From Octopus bimaculoides (taxonomy: Eukaryota), in assembly GCF_001194135.2 (NCBI RefSeq), contig NC_068983.1, positions 118,314,050 through 118,378,049 on the forward strand: 64,000 nucleotides of DNA, in the 5' to 3' direction. A model generated the notes under the pieces. It did no database searches, was not told the DNA's origin, and saw only the letters and a list, made by a program, of their open reading frames with translations. This document shows, one piece after another, positions 1-12,118 of the stretch (position 1 is its first letter; every line of letters begins with the position of its first letter). The position numbers and the translations under genes are program-made.

Positions 1-37
<37 letters not shown>

Positions 38-446
38 GTATGTATTCATGTATGTATGTATGTCATTATTCAATTTTACTTCTAGAGAAAAGGCCAGTTT
101 CTAACCCAGATTCAAGGCTCCTTCATTGGAATTCAGTATCAACAGAGTAACTTTTGTGTGTGAGTGTGTTTGCTGGAAAATGCATAAAATACATAGGAGT
201 ATATATATTTTTTATTCAGCAATGAAGTTAGATAAGTGATTGAAGGCCTAAGAGCTTCATGTATTGCACTTATTAAACATTTGATAGGTGCAACACATAA
301 ACTTTACACCCAAATAAAATGTGTGTGTATAAGCATGTGTTTAGTATTGCTGTATAATTCCTGGTTTTAAACTCATGAAAAGCAGTATGAATCGAGACAC
401 ATGTATTTGTCAAACCCATATTAGCAAGAGAAGGAATGGGAATAGT

Positions 447-670
447 CGTGTTGTTGTTGTTGTCGATGATGACGATGACAACGACTACGATGATGACAGC
501 GGCGGTGGTGCTGGCGGCAGCAGCCGTGACGATGATGATGATGACTACGACTACGACTGCGACCACGACAACGATCGTAATTGCAATGAAGGTGGCGACG
601 GCGACGACTACGACGATTATGATCTTGATCATGATGCCTATTTTGATATCACAATGACTATGGTGATGAT
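447..670 (+). repeat. Compound trinucleotide low-complexity repeat (GTT/GAT/GAC/GGC)n
   Basis: Visible trinucleotide runs. They explain the poly-D and poly-V ORFs at 273-692. Confidence 0.9.
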
Positions 671-847
671 TCACGAAATCATAAGCTTCTAAATTGTCCT
701 AACTTAACAAACCAAAATTAAATATATTTACCGTCATTATTCATTTATCGGAAGATATTTGAATGAACGATGTTTACGACAGTCTTGTAATAAGACAAGG
801 GATTACGTAATAAAACAATAACGGGACAATTAGTACAATTTAAATGT

Positions 848-1260
848 TCGTAGGAGTGACTGTGTGGTAAGTAGCTTACTCACCAGCCACACGGTTCCGG
901 GTTCAGTCCCACTGCGTGGCACCTTGGGCAAGTGTCTTCTACTATAGCCTCGGGCCGACCAAAGCCTTGTGAGTGGATTTGGTAGACGGAAAGTGAAAGA
1001 AGCCCGTCGTATATATATGTATATATACATATATGTTTGTGTGTCTGTGTTTGTCCCCCCCCCCAACATCGCTTGACAACCGATGCTGGTGTGTTTACGT
1101 CCCCGTAACTTAGCGGTTCGGCAAAAGAGACCGATAGAATAAGTACTAGGCTTCCCAAAGAATAAGTCCTGGGATCGATTTGCTCGACTAAAGGCGGTGC
1201 TCCAGCATGGCTGCAGTCAAATGACTGAAACAAGTAAAAGAGTAAAAGAGTAAAAGAGAG
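848..1260 (+). mobile_element. tRNA-headed SINE, family A (CORE-like segment, internal TA/TG tract, AAAAGAGT tail)
   Basis: A/B-box-like head, GGCACCTTGGGCAAGTGTC motif and tail. Homologous copies at 24951-25350 and 57355-57790, with fragments elsewhere. Confidence 0.85.
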
Positions 1261-1337
1261 TGTGAAACGGTATCTGAAATTGTGCAGACGACGCTCTTCC
1301 ATAATTACTGAGAGCAGAGCATTGTGGGACTGCAGCG

Positions 1338-1376
1338 ATGGCGACAGACGATTGCGAGGAAGATGTTATTTTCGAG
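1338..1376 (+). CDS. VEZT: Vezatin coding exon 1 (MATDDCEEDVIFE)
   Basis: ATG at 1338, 13 codons, GT donor at 1377 (phase 0). Joined to exon 2 it reads MATDDCEEDVIFE|NSALYKHLVDAG, resembling the recalled vertebrate N-terminus [24 protein letters not shown]. Confidence 0.88.
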
Positions 1377-4300
1377 GTTTGTATAAAAGTTGCTTTAGTT
1401 CTGGCTTGTTATGCCTTTTTGTGTGCATGCTTCGGAATGTATGCTATAAAGCAAGGTCAGTCTGTTCTAATTTTGTTTAAATTGTAAACATGCAACTGAA
1501 ATGAAACCCATTTTAATTGCATGTTTACAACCGATTGCTGACAAACAGCCTGTAGATCTGTTTGTTGTTTATATGTCGTAATTTAATATCAAATATTTTT
1601 CTCGTAAATTTGTTAAAGATAATGAATTTATTTTTTGTCATTTTTACCTGTGAGAATCCACTCCTGCCCTGCAACTATTGAATTTTAGCATATGCCAGTC
1701 TCCACTTAAATCGATATTTTCTTGTTTTCGTTTTATTTCTTCTGTGTTTCCATATTCTTTGAGAAGAATGAAATAATTATTTTGAAAAACGATTTGAAAG
1801 AATCATTATTTATTTCTAATATTATATTCGACGCCAGTTCGTTTCTTAGGTGGGTGGCGTGACATTTTCTTTAATTTATAATGAAAATCAAAAGAATTGA
1901 CACTTGCACATTCTTGGCATAATTGAATGAGAACAGCCTAACAGGTCTTATCTGCAGTGGTTTGTCAAAATGAAATCGGGCTAATTAAAAACAATATTGA
2001 TAGAAATGCATTAAAAACATGAAAATATATTTAATTCTACTAGATAATTTTTCGCTGGAGCACAGTCAGTGTGACCTCACTCAACAGATTATAAGGTGTG
2101 TTGAGTTTGAAAACTATTCGTGTTTATTTAGAAATGTAATTTATAGTTTGACTTAGAGAATATGAATATACAAAATTGTTGTTATTATTATTATTATTTG
2201 TGTGTTTGTGTGAGTTTAATAAAAGTGAAATCTATGATTTTTTTTAAATGTAAAAATGAAGACAAGTGTTTTTAGAATGGAAAGGAAATATATTGCTGGC
2301 AAAATACTTTATTGTTATTTGTATATAAACTCAATATTGCTCTCAGATTAGATAATAGTATATTCATAAAATAAAAAAATATCGTTTCTTATTCAGTCCT
2401 ATGACACATGTTGACAATTTAATTTATATAGTACTTTATTTAAATGTTTGTTTTATTTTTGAAAGTGCATTTGTTGTACTTCTCTGTTATTTTAATTATT
2501 CTCGCTTACTGAGCGAGTGCTCTCCCTTACCGAAGCTGGTTCTTGACCTGTACGCAACATTATTCATTGAATAAAGTAGTCGGTTTAGGAATCTCTTAAG
2601 GTTACTTTTTGAGGCAATTTAATTTCAACGAAATTAAATATGGACTATGTGTCGAAAGGCTCAATATAGCTCTTTCTCAGTTAGTGTTGATCTCTTTATC
2701 GAGGCAGATATAGATTAAAAAAGAATTGTATTGGGGCTTTTAAATGTAGAACTCTGGTTAAATATGTTCCAAACATTTTCTTAATATTCTTGACCTCGAC
2801 AGACTGCATTCCATCATAAGCTCCATGTCTCACAAAATATTCAAATTTATCGCAGATTATGATATGGTAAATTACCTAAAGGGTACTTGCATTATGAGAA
2901 TCCTTTCTAATACAGGTACGAGGCCTGAAATTTTGTTAGAGGAGGCTAGTCGACTCCAGCACTTATTTTATCAATCTTGATTGGACGGAATGCAAAGTCA
3001 ACTTTTGTTGAATTTGAATTCAGAACGTTAAGAGCTAGAAGAAATGTTAATAAACATTTTGTCCAGTGCAGTAACGATTCAGCCACCCTGTCGCCTTATC
3101 TGCATTATTTAAATATTAAAAAGGTTTTTGTGAGATTATCTTGTGACTCACAAACTACAACCAAATGAATCCGTTGATTATGTTATTCAAGCCTTAAAAC
3201 TCCTGGATGAAGAAAGTAACTTTAATGCAATATCATCTGGACTGTATATGAAAAATTTGATAATGGGTGCTTTAATTTCTGGATTAATTTTAACCAGTAT
3301 ATTATTCAGGAAAGCCAAAGCATTAGCCTTAGCTTTAAAGTATGTTGGTGTTCGTAATCTGGATATCCTTCCTTGTAAATACTCTTGCTGTTACAAAGGA
3401 CATCAGAGAGGAAACTATTTCAGGACTTACAATACTCAGAAGTTTTTTTTTTTTTTTTTTTTTTTTTTGGTGGGGAGTATAGACATTAATGCAGAAAATA
3501 TGCAGCAAGAAATGCCATATGTTACAAGTGTGAGAAAATAGGGCCTTTATTCTCAAATGTACAAATCACATAATAAACACCACAGGATACCATTATAAAC
3601 CAATTCCATTGTATGGACTTCAACTTTGACCCATTAGCATTTAAACTGGCCATATCCAATCCAAAATATTCTACCTGCTTTATGTTCAAATTACCCAGAT
3701 CTGACCTTTCACACCCACCTTTCAGTGTCATTCTAAAAATAAACAGTCACATAATTGAAATCTCGGAGTACTTGATAAGCCATGATTAATTCAAAATGAT
3801 GTGAATACTTAAGCATTATATTTGGCAGAGTAATCTGAATGCTATAGGGTTAAGTATTTTGACTTAATTGCAGCATTTTTGTCTTATACACTCTTTAATA
3901 TTGTAATTATTTGATATTGTAATTTATCTGACAGTGATAGCCTTTATCAAAGCTAATATTGGTTTCAAATCTTGGCACAAGGCCGAGCAATTTGGGATGG
4001 GGGGGGGGNNNNNNNNNNNNNNNNNNNNNNNNNNNNNNNNNNNNNNNNNNNNNNNNNNNNNNNNNNNNNNNNNNNNNNNNNNNNNNNNNNNNNNNNNNNN
4101 NNNNNNNNNNNNNNNNNNNNNNNNNNNNNNNNNNNNNNNNNNNNNNNNNNNNNNNNNNNNNNNNNNNNNNNNNNNNNNNNNNNNNNNNNNNNNNNNNNNN
4201 NNNNNNNNNNNNNNNNNNNNNNNNNNNNNNNNNNNNNNNNNNNNNNNNNNNNNNNNNNNNNNNNNNNNNNNNNNNNNNNNNNNNNNNNNNNNNNNNNNNN

Positions 4301-4700
4301 NNNNNNNNNNNNNNNNNNNNNNNNNNNNNNNNNNNNNNNNNNNNNNNNNNNNNNNNNNNNNNNNNNNNNNNNNNNNNNNNNNNNNNNNNNNNNNNNNNNN
4401 NNNNNNNNNNNNNNNNNNNNNNNNNNNNNNNNNNNNNNNNNNNNNNNNNNNNNNNNNNNNNNNNNNNNNNNNNNNNNNNNNNNNNNNNNNNNNNNNNNNN
4501 NNNNNNNNNNNNNNNNNNNNNNNNNNNNNNNNNNNNNNNNNNNNNNNNNNNNNNNNNNNNNNNNNNNNNNNNNNNNNNNNNNNNNNNNNNNNNNNNNNNN
4601 NNNNNNNNNNNNNNNNNNNNNNNNNNNNNNNNNNNNNNNNNNNNNNNNNNNNNNNNNNNNNNNNNNNNNNNNNNNNNNNNNNNNNNNNNNNNNNNNNNNN

Positions 4701-4744
<44 letters not shown>

Positions 4745-5049
4745 GCACATACATACACATGTATATGCATATATGATGGTCTTTCAGTTTTCTGTTTTGG
4801 TATATCTGCACTTTCAACTTTCTCCTTATAATTTTTCACTCTTATCACAATTTCTAATATAATTATGAAGCAGCAGCTGAAATTGTTCTATGCAATGCTA
4901 CTATCTCTTCAAGCACATGTTCCTGCTGTCATTTTGGTGTATCCTTCATGTCTAATAGTATGAATAATGATATTACTAATGCTATTAATGCCTGAGAAAA
5001 TGAATTCACTTTACTTCCCCTCTTCTCAGCTCTCCCTAAATATTCACAG

Positions 5050-5245
5050 GACCCGAAATTTTTGGGGAGGGAGTCAGTCGATTAGATTGACCCCAGTATG
5101 CAACTGATATTAAATTTATTGACCCTGAAAGGATGAAAGGCAAAGTCGACCTCGGTGGAATTTGAACTCAGAACATAAAGATAGACAGTATACTGCTAAG
5201 CATTTCACTCGGCATGCTAACGTTTCTGCCAGCTTGCTGCCTAGC
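5050..5245 (-). mobile_element. SINE family M copy (GAGGTCGACTTTGCCTTTCATCCTTTC core)
   Basis: Reverse complement of the element at 6455-6645 and 7416-7590. Other copies at about 21845-22030 (+), 27105-27270 (-), 51430-51545 (-) and 52770-52965 (-). Confidence 0.8.
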
Positions 5246-5692
5246 TCTCCCTAAATATTGTGTAAGCTCTGTTTCCATTCTTCAAATTTCCCTGTTAATG
5301 ATTTGAAGCCTGTTTATATACTGGTCCACCTTTCATATAATTAATTCTTCCTATCAGTATATACCTATTATTTAACCATACCTTTATTCATTTCCTATCA
5401 AATATTTAACATATTAATAAAATCCTTAGCTCTAATATTAAGCTTATAGCATTCGTTACTCCCTCAGTAATTTAAATTATGCTGGAAAGTGTTCATTTAG
5501 ATGATTGATATTGCAGCACTATAATCAATTACTACAAGTGTGCATAACTGCATATCATTCCTCCTTGCCTATATAGTTAAAGTCTTGTGTCAGAAAATAA
5601 TTAAGTTACAAATATGTAGCAAGGAAATGTACTGACGAGATCTTTTTATGTACCATTAAATTATTTATGTTTGAGAGAGAGAGACACACACA

Positions 5693-5733
<41 letters not shown>

Positions 5734-6253
5734 CTTTAACATATAGCAAAGAAGGATGAGGAATTATCTTCAAATATAGGATATTTTTTCGATTTGTCAT
5801 TTCTTAAGAAATAATCTCATTTAAAAAAAAAAAAGACCTAAAATATCACAAGAATAATTATTTTTCCCTGTTAAATATGTTCACTTTGTTATTTTCAAAT
5901 ATGCCATAGTTTTATTCCATACACACATTGCTCATAATGTTTTGTATTAAGTTTTGGTATTGGTTTCTTTTTAAGCTTCATGTTAAAGTAAACGATTAAA
6001 GTAGTTTCTCAAAGTGATTTTTTTTTCTGTTTCATTCTGTTCCTTTTTTTCATTTTGTCATTGACATTTGGGTAGGAGATAATTCACCATATGACTTAAC
6101 GTCTTTGGGTGACTAGTATTCCGGCCAGGTATCTAGTCTCAGGCTAGCATACATCAGTCTCAGGAGCCCTGAATGGAACTTTTAAGTCTTGGGCACTACT
6201 CTTTCTCTTCTGGCTAAATAATAATAATAATAATAATATAAACCTATCATATG

Positions 6254-6442
6254 CTTCTTCTTCTTCTTCTTCTTCTTCTTCTTCTTCTTCTTCTTCTTCT
6301 TCTTCTTCTTCTTCTTCTTCTTCTTCTTCTTCTTCTTCTTCTTCTTCTTCTTCTTCTTCTTCTTCTTCTTCTTCTTCTTCTTCTTCTTCTTCTTCTTCTT
6401 CTTCTTCTTCTTCTTCTTCTTCTTCTTCTTCTTCTTCTTCTT
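6254..6442 (+). repeat. (TTC)n microsatellite, about 63 units
   Basis: Uninterrupted run. It is the source of the poly-E and poly-L ORFs. Confidence 0.98.
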
Positions 6443-6454
6443 CCTCTGGTGGCA

Positions 6455-6645
6455 TGCTGGAGAAATTGCTTAGCGGCGTTTCACCCGTCTTTACATTCTG
6501 AGTTCAAATTCCACTGAGGTTGCCTTTGCCTTTCAGTGTTTCGGGGTTGACGAATTGAGTACCAGTGAAACACTGGGGTCAATGTAATTGACTAGCCCTC
6601 TCTCTGGAAATTTCAGGCTTTGTGCCTTTAGTAGAAAGGATTATT
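6455..6645 (+). mobile_element. SINE family M copy
   Basis: Shares TGAGTTCAAATT...GCCTTT... and AGTACCAGTGAAACA...GATGTAATTGACTAG with 7416-7590. Confidence 0.8.
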
Positions 6646-7415
6646 ATTATTATTATATTATTTTGATATTTTAAAAGGATTGATGTAACTCTTCACAAAG
6701 GTAAACAAACAAGACGAAGAACTCAATGCAATTATAACTTTTTCTAGTTGGCATGCTTTCAGAAATGATAAATGGCTTTTGATTATAGCACGAAAACGAT
6801 TAAGTTTTTTCAACTGATAGAAAGTTGATTTTTCAATTTCTGATTTATATTTGAATCATACAAAATCCATTGGCCCAGGATTGGGCTCAACACTGAGGTC
6901 TAGCGAAACTAACAGGATTAACAAGCCATTTCTGGAAACATGCAAACTAGAAAAAGTTATAATCGCATCGCACTCTTTGTCTTGTCTGTTTACCTTTTTG
7001 AAGAGTTACGTCAATCCTTTTAGAATATCAAAATCAAGTAGACTGAGATGATTGTTTTCATGGTACACAGAAAAAGAATTGGAACATACAGAAATTCTGG
7101 AAGTTACCAAAGCAGCTGGGTGTCTAAGGAGAATCATAATGTAAATTACAGCTTTTGCATTTTATTCCTTCTTACAATTGGCTTGTCAACCTTGTTGGTT
7201 TCGCTAGACCCCAGTGTTGAGTCCAATCCTGGGCCAATGGATTTTGTACCATTCAAATATGAATCAGAAATTGAGAAATTGACATTTCTATCAGTTAAAA
7301 AACTAAACCTTTCCTCTCAAAGTTGTTGACTTTGTAATACAATTTAACACTATTATTATTATTATTATTATTATTATTAGCATTATTATTATTATTATTA
7401 TTATTATTATCATTA

Positions 7416-7590
7416 AGAAGGTGGCAAGCTGGCAGAATCGTTGATGAAATGCTTAGCGGTATTTCGCTTGTCACTACATTCTGAATTCAAATTCTGCCGA
7501 GGTTGACTTTAACTTTCATCCTTTCAGAGTTGATAAATTAAGTACCAGTGAAACATTTGGATTGATGTAATTGACTAGTCCCCTCCCACT
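7416..7590 (+). mobile_element. SINE family M copy
   Basis: Head AAGGTGGCAAGCTGGCAGAATCG plus the family core. It follows a (TAT)n run. Confidence 0.8.
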
Positions 7591-7742
7591 TGTTTTCTAA
7601 GAAAACTCATTAGTTTCTGCTAGATCTGAACTGATGAACATCTGAAATATGCATGCAAATTATTCAAAATATTTTTACTTTTAGCCTTCACAGAAGTTTC
7701 ATGCATGATTTAATTACAAATATATTTTTTATACTTTTGCAG

Positions 7743-7868
7743 AACTCTGCCCTTTATAAGCACCTTGTTGATGCAGGGGTTACTGATATACCAGTTGAGA
7801 AATCCACTAAAAGCTCTGAGCCTAAAGAGGACGTTGAAAATGAATCTGTTGCTGCTTTCCCACCAGAA
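7743..7868 (+). CDS. VEZT: Vezatin exon 2 (NSALYKHLVDAG...AAFPPE)
   Basis: Acceptor tttgcAG, donor GTtagt, 126 nt, phase 0/0. Matches the conserved NSxLYxxLxDxG motif. Confidence 0.9.
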
Positions 7869-8014
7869 GTTAGTTCCTCTTTATTTTCTCATAATTTATT
7901 TTTGTATCATTTTGTGTGGTTGTGACTGTGCGGTAAGAAGTGTGCTTCCCAACCACATGGTTTCCACTGCTTGGTACTTTGGACAAGTGTCTTATACTAC
8001 TATGCTGGGCTGCA

Positions 8015-8055
<41 letters not shown>

Positions 8056-8427
8056 CTCTGTCAGACATCAGATGGTGGTTATAAATGAGCATCATTATCA
8101 TGCAAGTGAGATTGTTCATTTTTAGTCTTCCTTGAAAACATGTTTACCTATGGGGAAAATATTACCTAGCTTAGACACATGAGAATTGACAACAGGAAGG
8201 GTGCCAAGCTGTAGAAATTCTGTCTCAACAGATTCTATCTGACCTATGCAAGTATGGAAAAGTAAACTGTAAATGATGATGGTGCTGCTGGTGATGATGA
8301 TGACAATGAAAATCTTAGCATTTGATTCATATTTTTTCCCACCTCTAAAACGTAAAGACTTGTGCTTTATCAAAAGAAACACTCTTTTCAACACACTTTT
8401 AACTTCATTTATTAATTTATTTTTCAG

Positions 8428-8523
8428 AAGCCTAACGATGTGCAAACTAATATGGAGCTTCTAAAACAGGTCTTTAGAAAACTGAAAGAGTTTTCATCAT
8501 TTGATCTTTTTATCATACAAATG
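8428..8523 (+). CDS. VEZT: Vezatin exon 3 (KPNDVQTNMELLKQVFRKLKEFSSFDLFIIQM)
   Basis: Acceptor tttttcAG, donor GTgagg, 96 nt open, phase 0/0. Sequence similarity is weak; the call rests on splice sites and phase. Confidence 0.65.
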
Positions 8524-9718
8524 GTGAGGTTTAATTATTTACTTTGATGATTTGTTGAGTTAATATTTCTTATTGATAAATAAGTTACCCAGAATATTTG
8601 TGACAAATGAAAATGATTCTTCACTGCTGAATATGGAACTCATGATTTTCATTTCTATCAGTTAGCAGAGTTCAGAGGAATTTTTTTTTGATACTACACC
8701 AAAATTATTAAGTAAAGAAGTATAGTAAGACATTGGTCAATCAGACAAGATAGGCAAGGAGTAATTATGTTTGGATGATTGATTTGATTGTAAACAAAGG
8801 AAGTCTTCTTGAAAGTGGGAGAAAGGGAGACCCCCATGAATGACAAAGTTCCCTGCTGAGGCACAAGTCCAGGCAAGGTTGTTTATAGAAGACCAGCAGT
8901 TGCTCCTCTATGCACCACTGATATTGCCCAAGGCAAAGGCTAATACAGCTTGGCACCAGTGATGTCGCAACTCATTTCTACAGCCAAGTGAACTAGAGCA
9001 ATGTGAAATAAAGTGTCTTGCTCAAGAACACAACACACAGCCTGGTCTGGGACTCAAACTTACTACCTCATGATTGTGAGCCTAATGCTCTAACCACTAT
9101 GTAAAAAAAGCATGTTTACAGAATTTTTGTCATTCAGTTGATAAAATGTATTCCTCTGCAATTTTCAATACTTTTTCACCATGATTCAGATGCTGTCAAA
9201 TTTTATTTTCTGTTTGATTATCAATGGCATTTCTTCCTCTTCTCAGACATAGTAACAACTGCAAACTTGAATACTTGAAACAGATATGGACTCGAAAGAA
9301 AGTGATAGTGTAAATAAAAGCACATCCTTAAGCATGTCTTATCATTTTGATGAGTTGAAATTATTTTAACACTGTTTAAAGTGTCAAAACAAATTAGTGA
9401 AACTGTTAACACGTATTTTTGGTAACTGTAAACAAAAGACAAGATCATCACTTATAATGTCGTTATGTGTTGCTCAATAATTTGAACTTATTTTTAATTA
9501 CAGTGAATAAAGTATGAAAAAGCAGTGCCAATATTAATCTTCAATTTGGGTTTCACATAGTTTGGATAATTAAATAATATTTACAGAAGCTTGAGGTCTT
9601 GTATCCCCAGATAACTGAAGTTTGACTGTATAAGATCACACTTTTTTTTCAGAATTAGTTATATTGAACATTTATCACTATACTGCACACATTGAGGAGT
9701 TTCCTTAGTGTGTGTGTG

Positions 9719-9756
<38 letters not shown>

Positions 9757-9875
9757 ATATTGAGTGCTATTTTCAAACTTATATTCTAGAAAAGCATACA
9801 TGTTGGCAGTTAATTTTCTTATTACAAATGAGAAATAAAGCACAGTTTTTTTTTTATTATTTTATACTTTTATAG

Positions 9876-10021
9876 TATTGCCATTTCAACTGTCAGATTC
9901 TACATCAAGTGGCTCACAGCAAATCTTTGGAAGATGATGATAAAATATTTCTAGAAAATTTCATAGTGGAAACAGAAAATGTAGGAAAGGCTTTGAAGCC
10001 TCAAACATTCATATTATGCTG
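9876..10021 (+). CDS. VEZT: Vezatin exon 4 (YCHFNCQILHQVAHSKSLEDDDKIFLENF...)
   Basis: Long T-tract with tatAG acceptor, donor GTaggt, 146 nt, phase 0/2, compatible with exon 5. Resembles the LHTILQQEVLLQEDVELIE region. Confidence 0.8.
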
Positions 10022-10439
10022 GTAGGTTGCAAAACTTCTGAAAACACTTTTCCCCTCTCCTAAAAAAGTTAGTAAAATGACTCATGCTGATACGGGAACT
10101 AGATGTTGAATAAGACACCCATAGTGTCACAGATAATTATATGCTTAAGGAATATGGATAAAAAAGATTACTGATAAATATCAATAATTTTTCTGTTTTG
10201 ATGATCTAATGCTATAAAACTGTAAAAAAAAAATTCCTTGAATGCTAAATTTATTCACAAAAACTATTGAGAAATATGTTACTTTTAGCTAATTATATAA
10301 ATTATTTAGAAAATGTATAGTATTTAGTGTTGGTAAGATTAATTCTAATAGTTTGTGTGGGCAGTTTAATGGATGGAAACTGCACAGTAGGCTGTCATCT
10401 ATCTGTTTGTATGTACATTACATGCACACACACTCACAT

Positions 10440-11320
10440 ATGCATATCATCATCATTGTCTCACATCCGTATTCCATGCTTGCATGGGTCAGACGGTTCA
10501 ACAGAATTCAATGATCCAGAGGCCTGTGTTGAATTCCAATGTCTGCTTTGGCATGGTTTCTTCAGTTGGCTGCTCTTTTTAATGTCAACCACTTTACAAG
10601 TATACTGGGGGCTTTTTTTGTGTTTGTCTCTCCGGTAGTAGTGAGATCACTGAGTAACTCATAAAACAGAATGGGGGTGCAGTATTGAGCGAGTTAGTTT
10701 TGTTAACAGATGTCTTGCTGTAGATGAGATATATGGCTACTCCTGTAGGAAAGGAAAAAGAATGGTGGAGATGAGGTGTCAGTATATACCCTCAAGGTAC
10801 AAGAAGGTGGATAAATAGAAAATTGAGGATGGGTTAGTGGGAGGGTTTGTTAGAGTGTGAAGGAAGAGTGATAGACGATTAAAGATGTGGATAGAGGTGA
10901 ATGCAGTGAATAATGAATATGGGCGGTGATGTAGATAATGGTTAATCTCAGTTTGGAGTGGGGAGGTAAAGGAAAATGGGAGGGGGTCAGGGAAGAGTAG
11001 GTGATAGATAGCAATATATAAAAAAGGGGTGGTGGAGAGTACCAGTATGATAAAACCATAGGGAGATGATGTCAAGTGAGGGAGAGAGAAGATGCACAGT
11101 GAAAAAGATGGAGGTCAGAGGTATGTAAGAGTGGATAAAGTGAGTAACAGAAGGGGCTGTTAGCAGGTATGAGAGGGTGTTTAGGGGAAAGGGGCATTCC
11201 GTGGAAAAGAAAGTGGTAAAGAATGGACGATAAGGGAAGTGGCTCCAAGGAAAGGGATAACTGGTAACATAAAGGCAGGAATGAGATATGTGCAGCTCTG
11301 CTCTCATATAATTACAGCAG
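10440..11320 (-). mobile_element. Old RTE-tail-related repeat with a long purine/pyrimidine-biased body
   Basis: Reverse (GAT)n-type tail at about 10440, then an RTE-3'-like segment and a strongly G/A-rich body. Similar bodies at about 22860-23150, 30020-30400 and 54480-54700. Confidence 0.55.
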
Positions 11321-11792
11321 CTGAGGAAATAGTGCCACAGTTAGAAAGACAAAAGATGAGTTGTGAGGAAGGCTTGACAAGTGCAGAATAGTGTGAGGCA
11401 TAGATATTAATGGTATATCTTTGAGACTTCATTATTTTTGCTGAAATAGACAAGTCTTCTTGAGTATGGCAGAGTGCCAATCACTTAGATCCTTTGTCAT
11501 TTCCTCAATGTATGTATATTTACTGTTTTTATTGTTTTTACTGTCTTGTTCTTGTTAACACTTTCACCCTCTGCAAAGAGCTGCCCAGACCCCATGTCTG
11601 GTTTGGCACGATTTCTATGGCTGGATGTGGAATTAGATGAAGACAGTTGAAGAATTGAGACCATGAAGGACTGAAGAATGGAGAGAGAAAATAAGTTCCT
11701 GTTCACAATGGAGGCAAGAGTTTGGATGGCCTCTGTGCAAGGCCACTCTGAACACAGATGGGTGTTACAGGGAATGATCAATCAAGTGAAAG

Positions 11793-12118
11793 TGGTGCAA
11801 GAGTGGCTTAGTGGTTAGGGTATTCCACTCATGATTGTAAAGTCGTGAATTCAATTCCCGGTGACGCATTGTGTCCTTGAGCAAAACACTTTATTTCATG
11901 TTGCCCCAGTCCACTCAGCTTGCAAAAATGAGTAGGACTTGTATTTCAAAGGGCCAGTCTTGTCGCACGCTATGTCACGCTGAATCTCTCTGAGAACTCT
12001 ATTAAGGGTACACATGTCTGTGGAGTGCTCAGCCACTTGCATGTTAATTTCATGAGTAAGCTGTTCTGTTGATCATATCAGCTGGGACCCTCATTGTCAT
12101 AACCAATGGAGTGCTCCT
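11793..12118 (+). mobile_element. tRNA-headed SINE, family R1
   Basis: A box TGGCTTAGTGGTTAGG and B-box-like GAATTCAATTCCC. The 3' half is homologous to the reverse complement of 35190-35360. Confidence 0.8.

Noticed and set aside
273-692. ORFs with poly-V, poly-D or poly-T runs
   Set aside because: They are translations of a trinucleotide low-complexity tract, with no domain or splice support.
3143-3541. 132-aa ORF with a hydrophobic segment in intron 1
   Set aside because: It starts at a non-ATG codon, runs through a poly-T tract and has no recognisable homology.
3907-4862. Long ORFs spanning N-runs (also at 16.1-17.1, 32.0-33.0, 39.7-40.9, 41.8-42.9 and 56.4-57.1 kb)
   Set aside because: They are artefacts of N being translated as X.
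6144-6517. Poly-Glu and poly-Leu ORFs
   Set aside because: They are the (TTC)n microsatellite.
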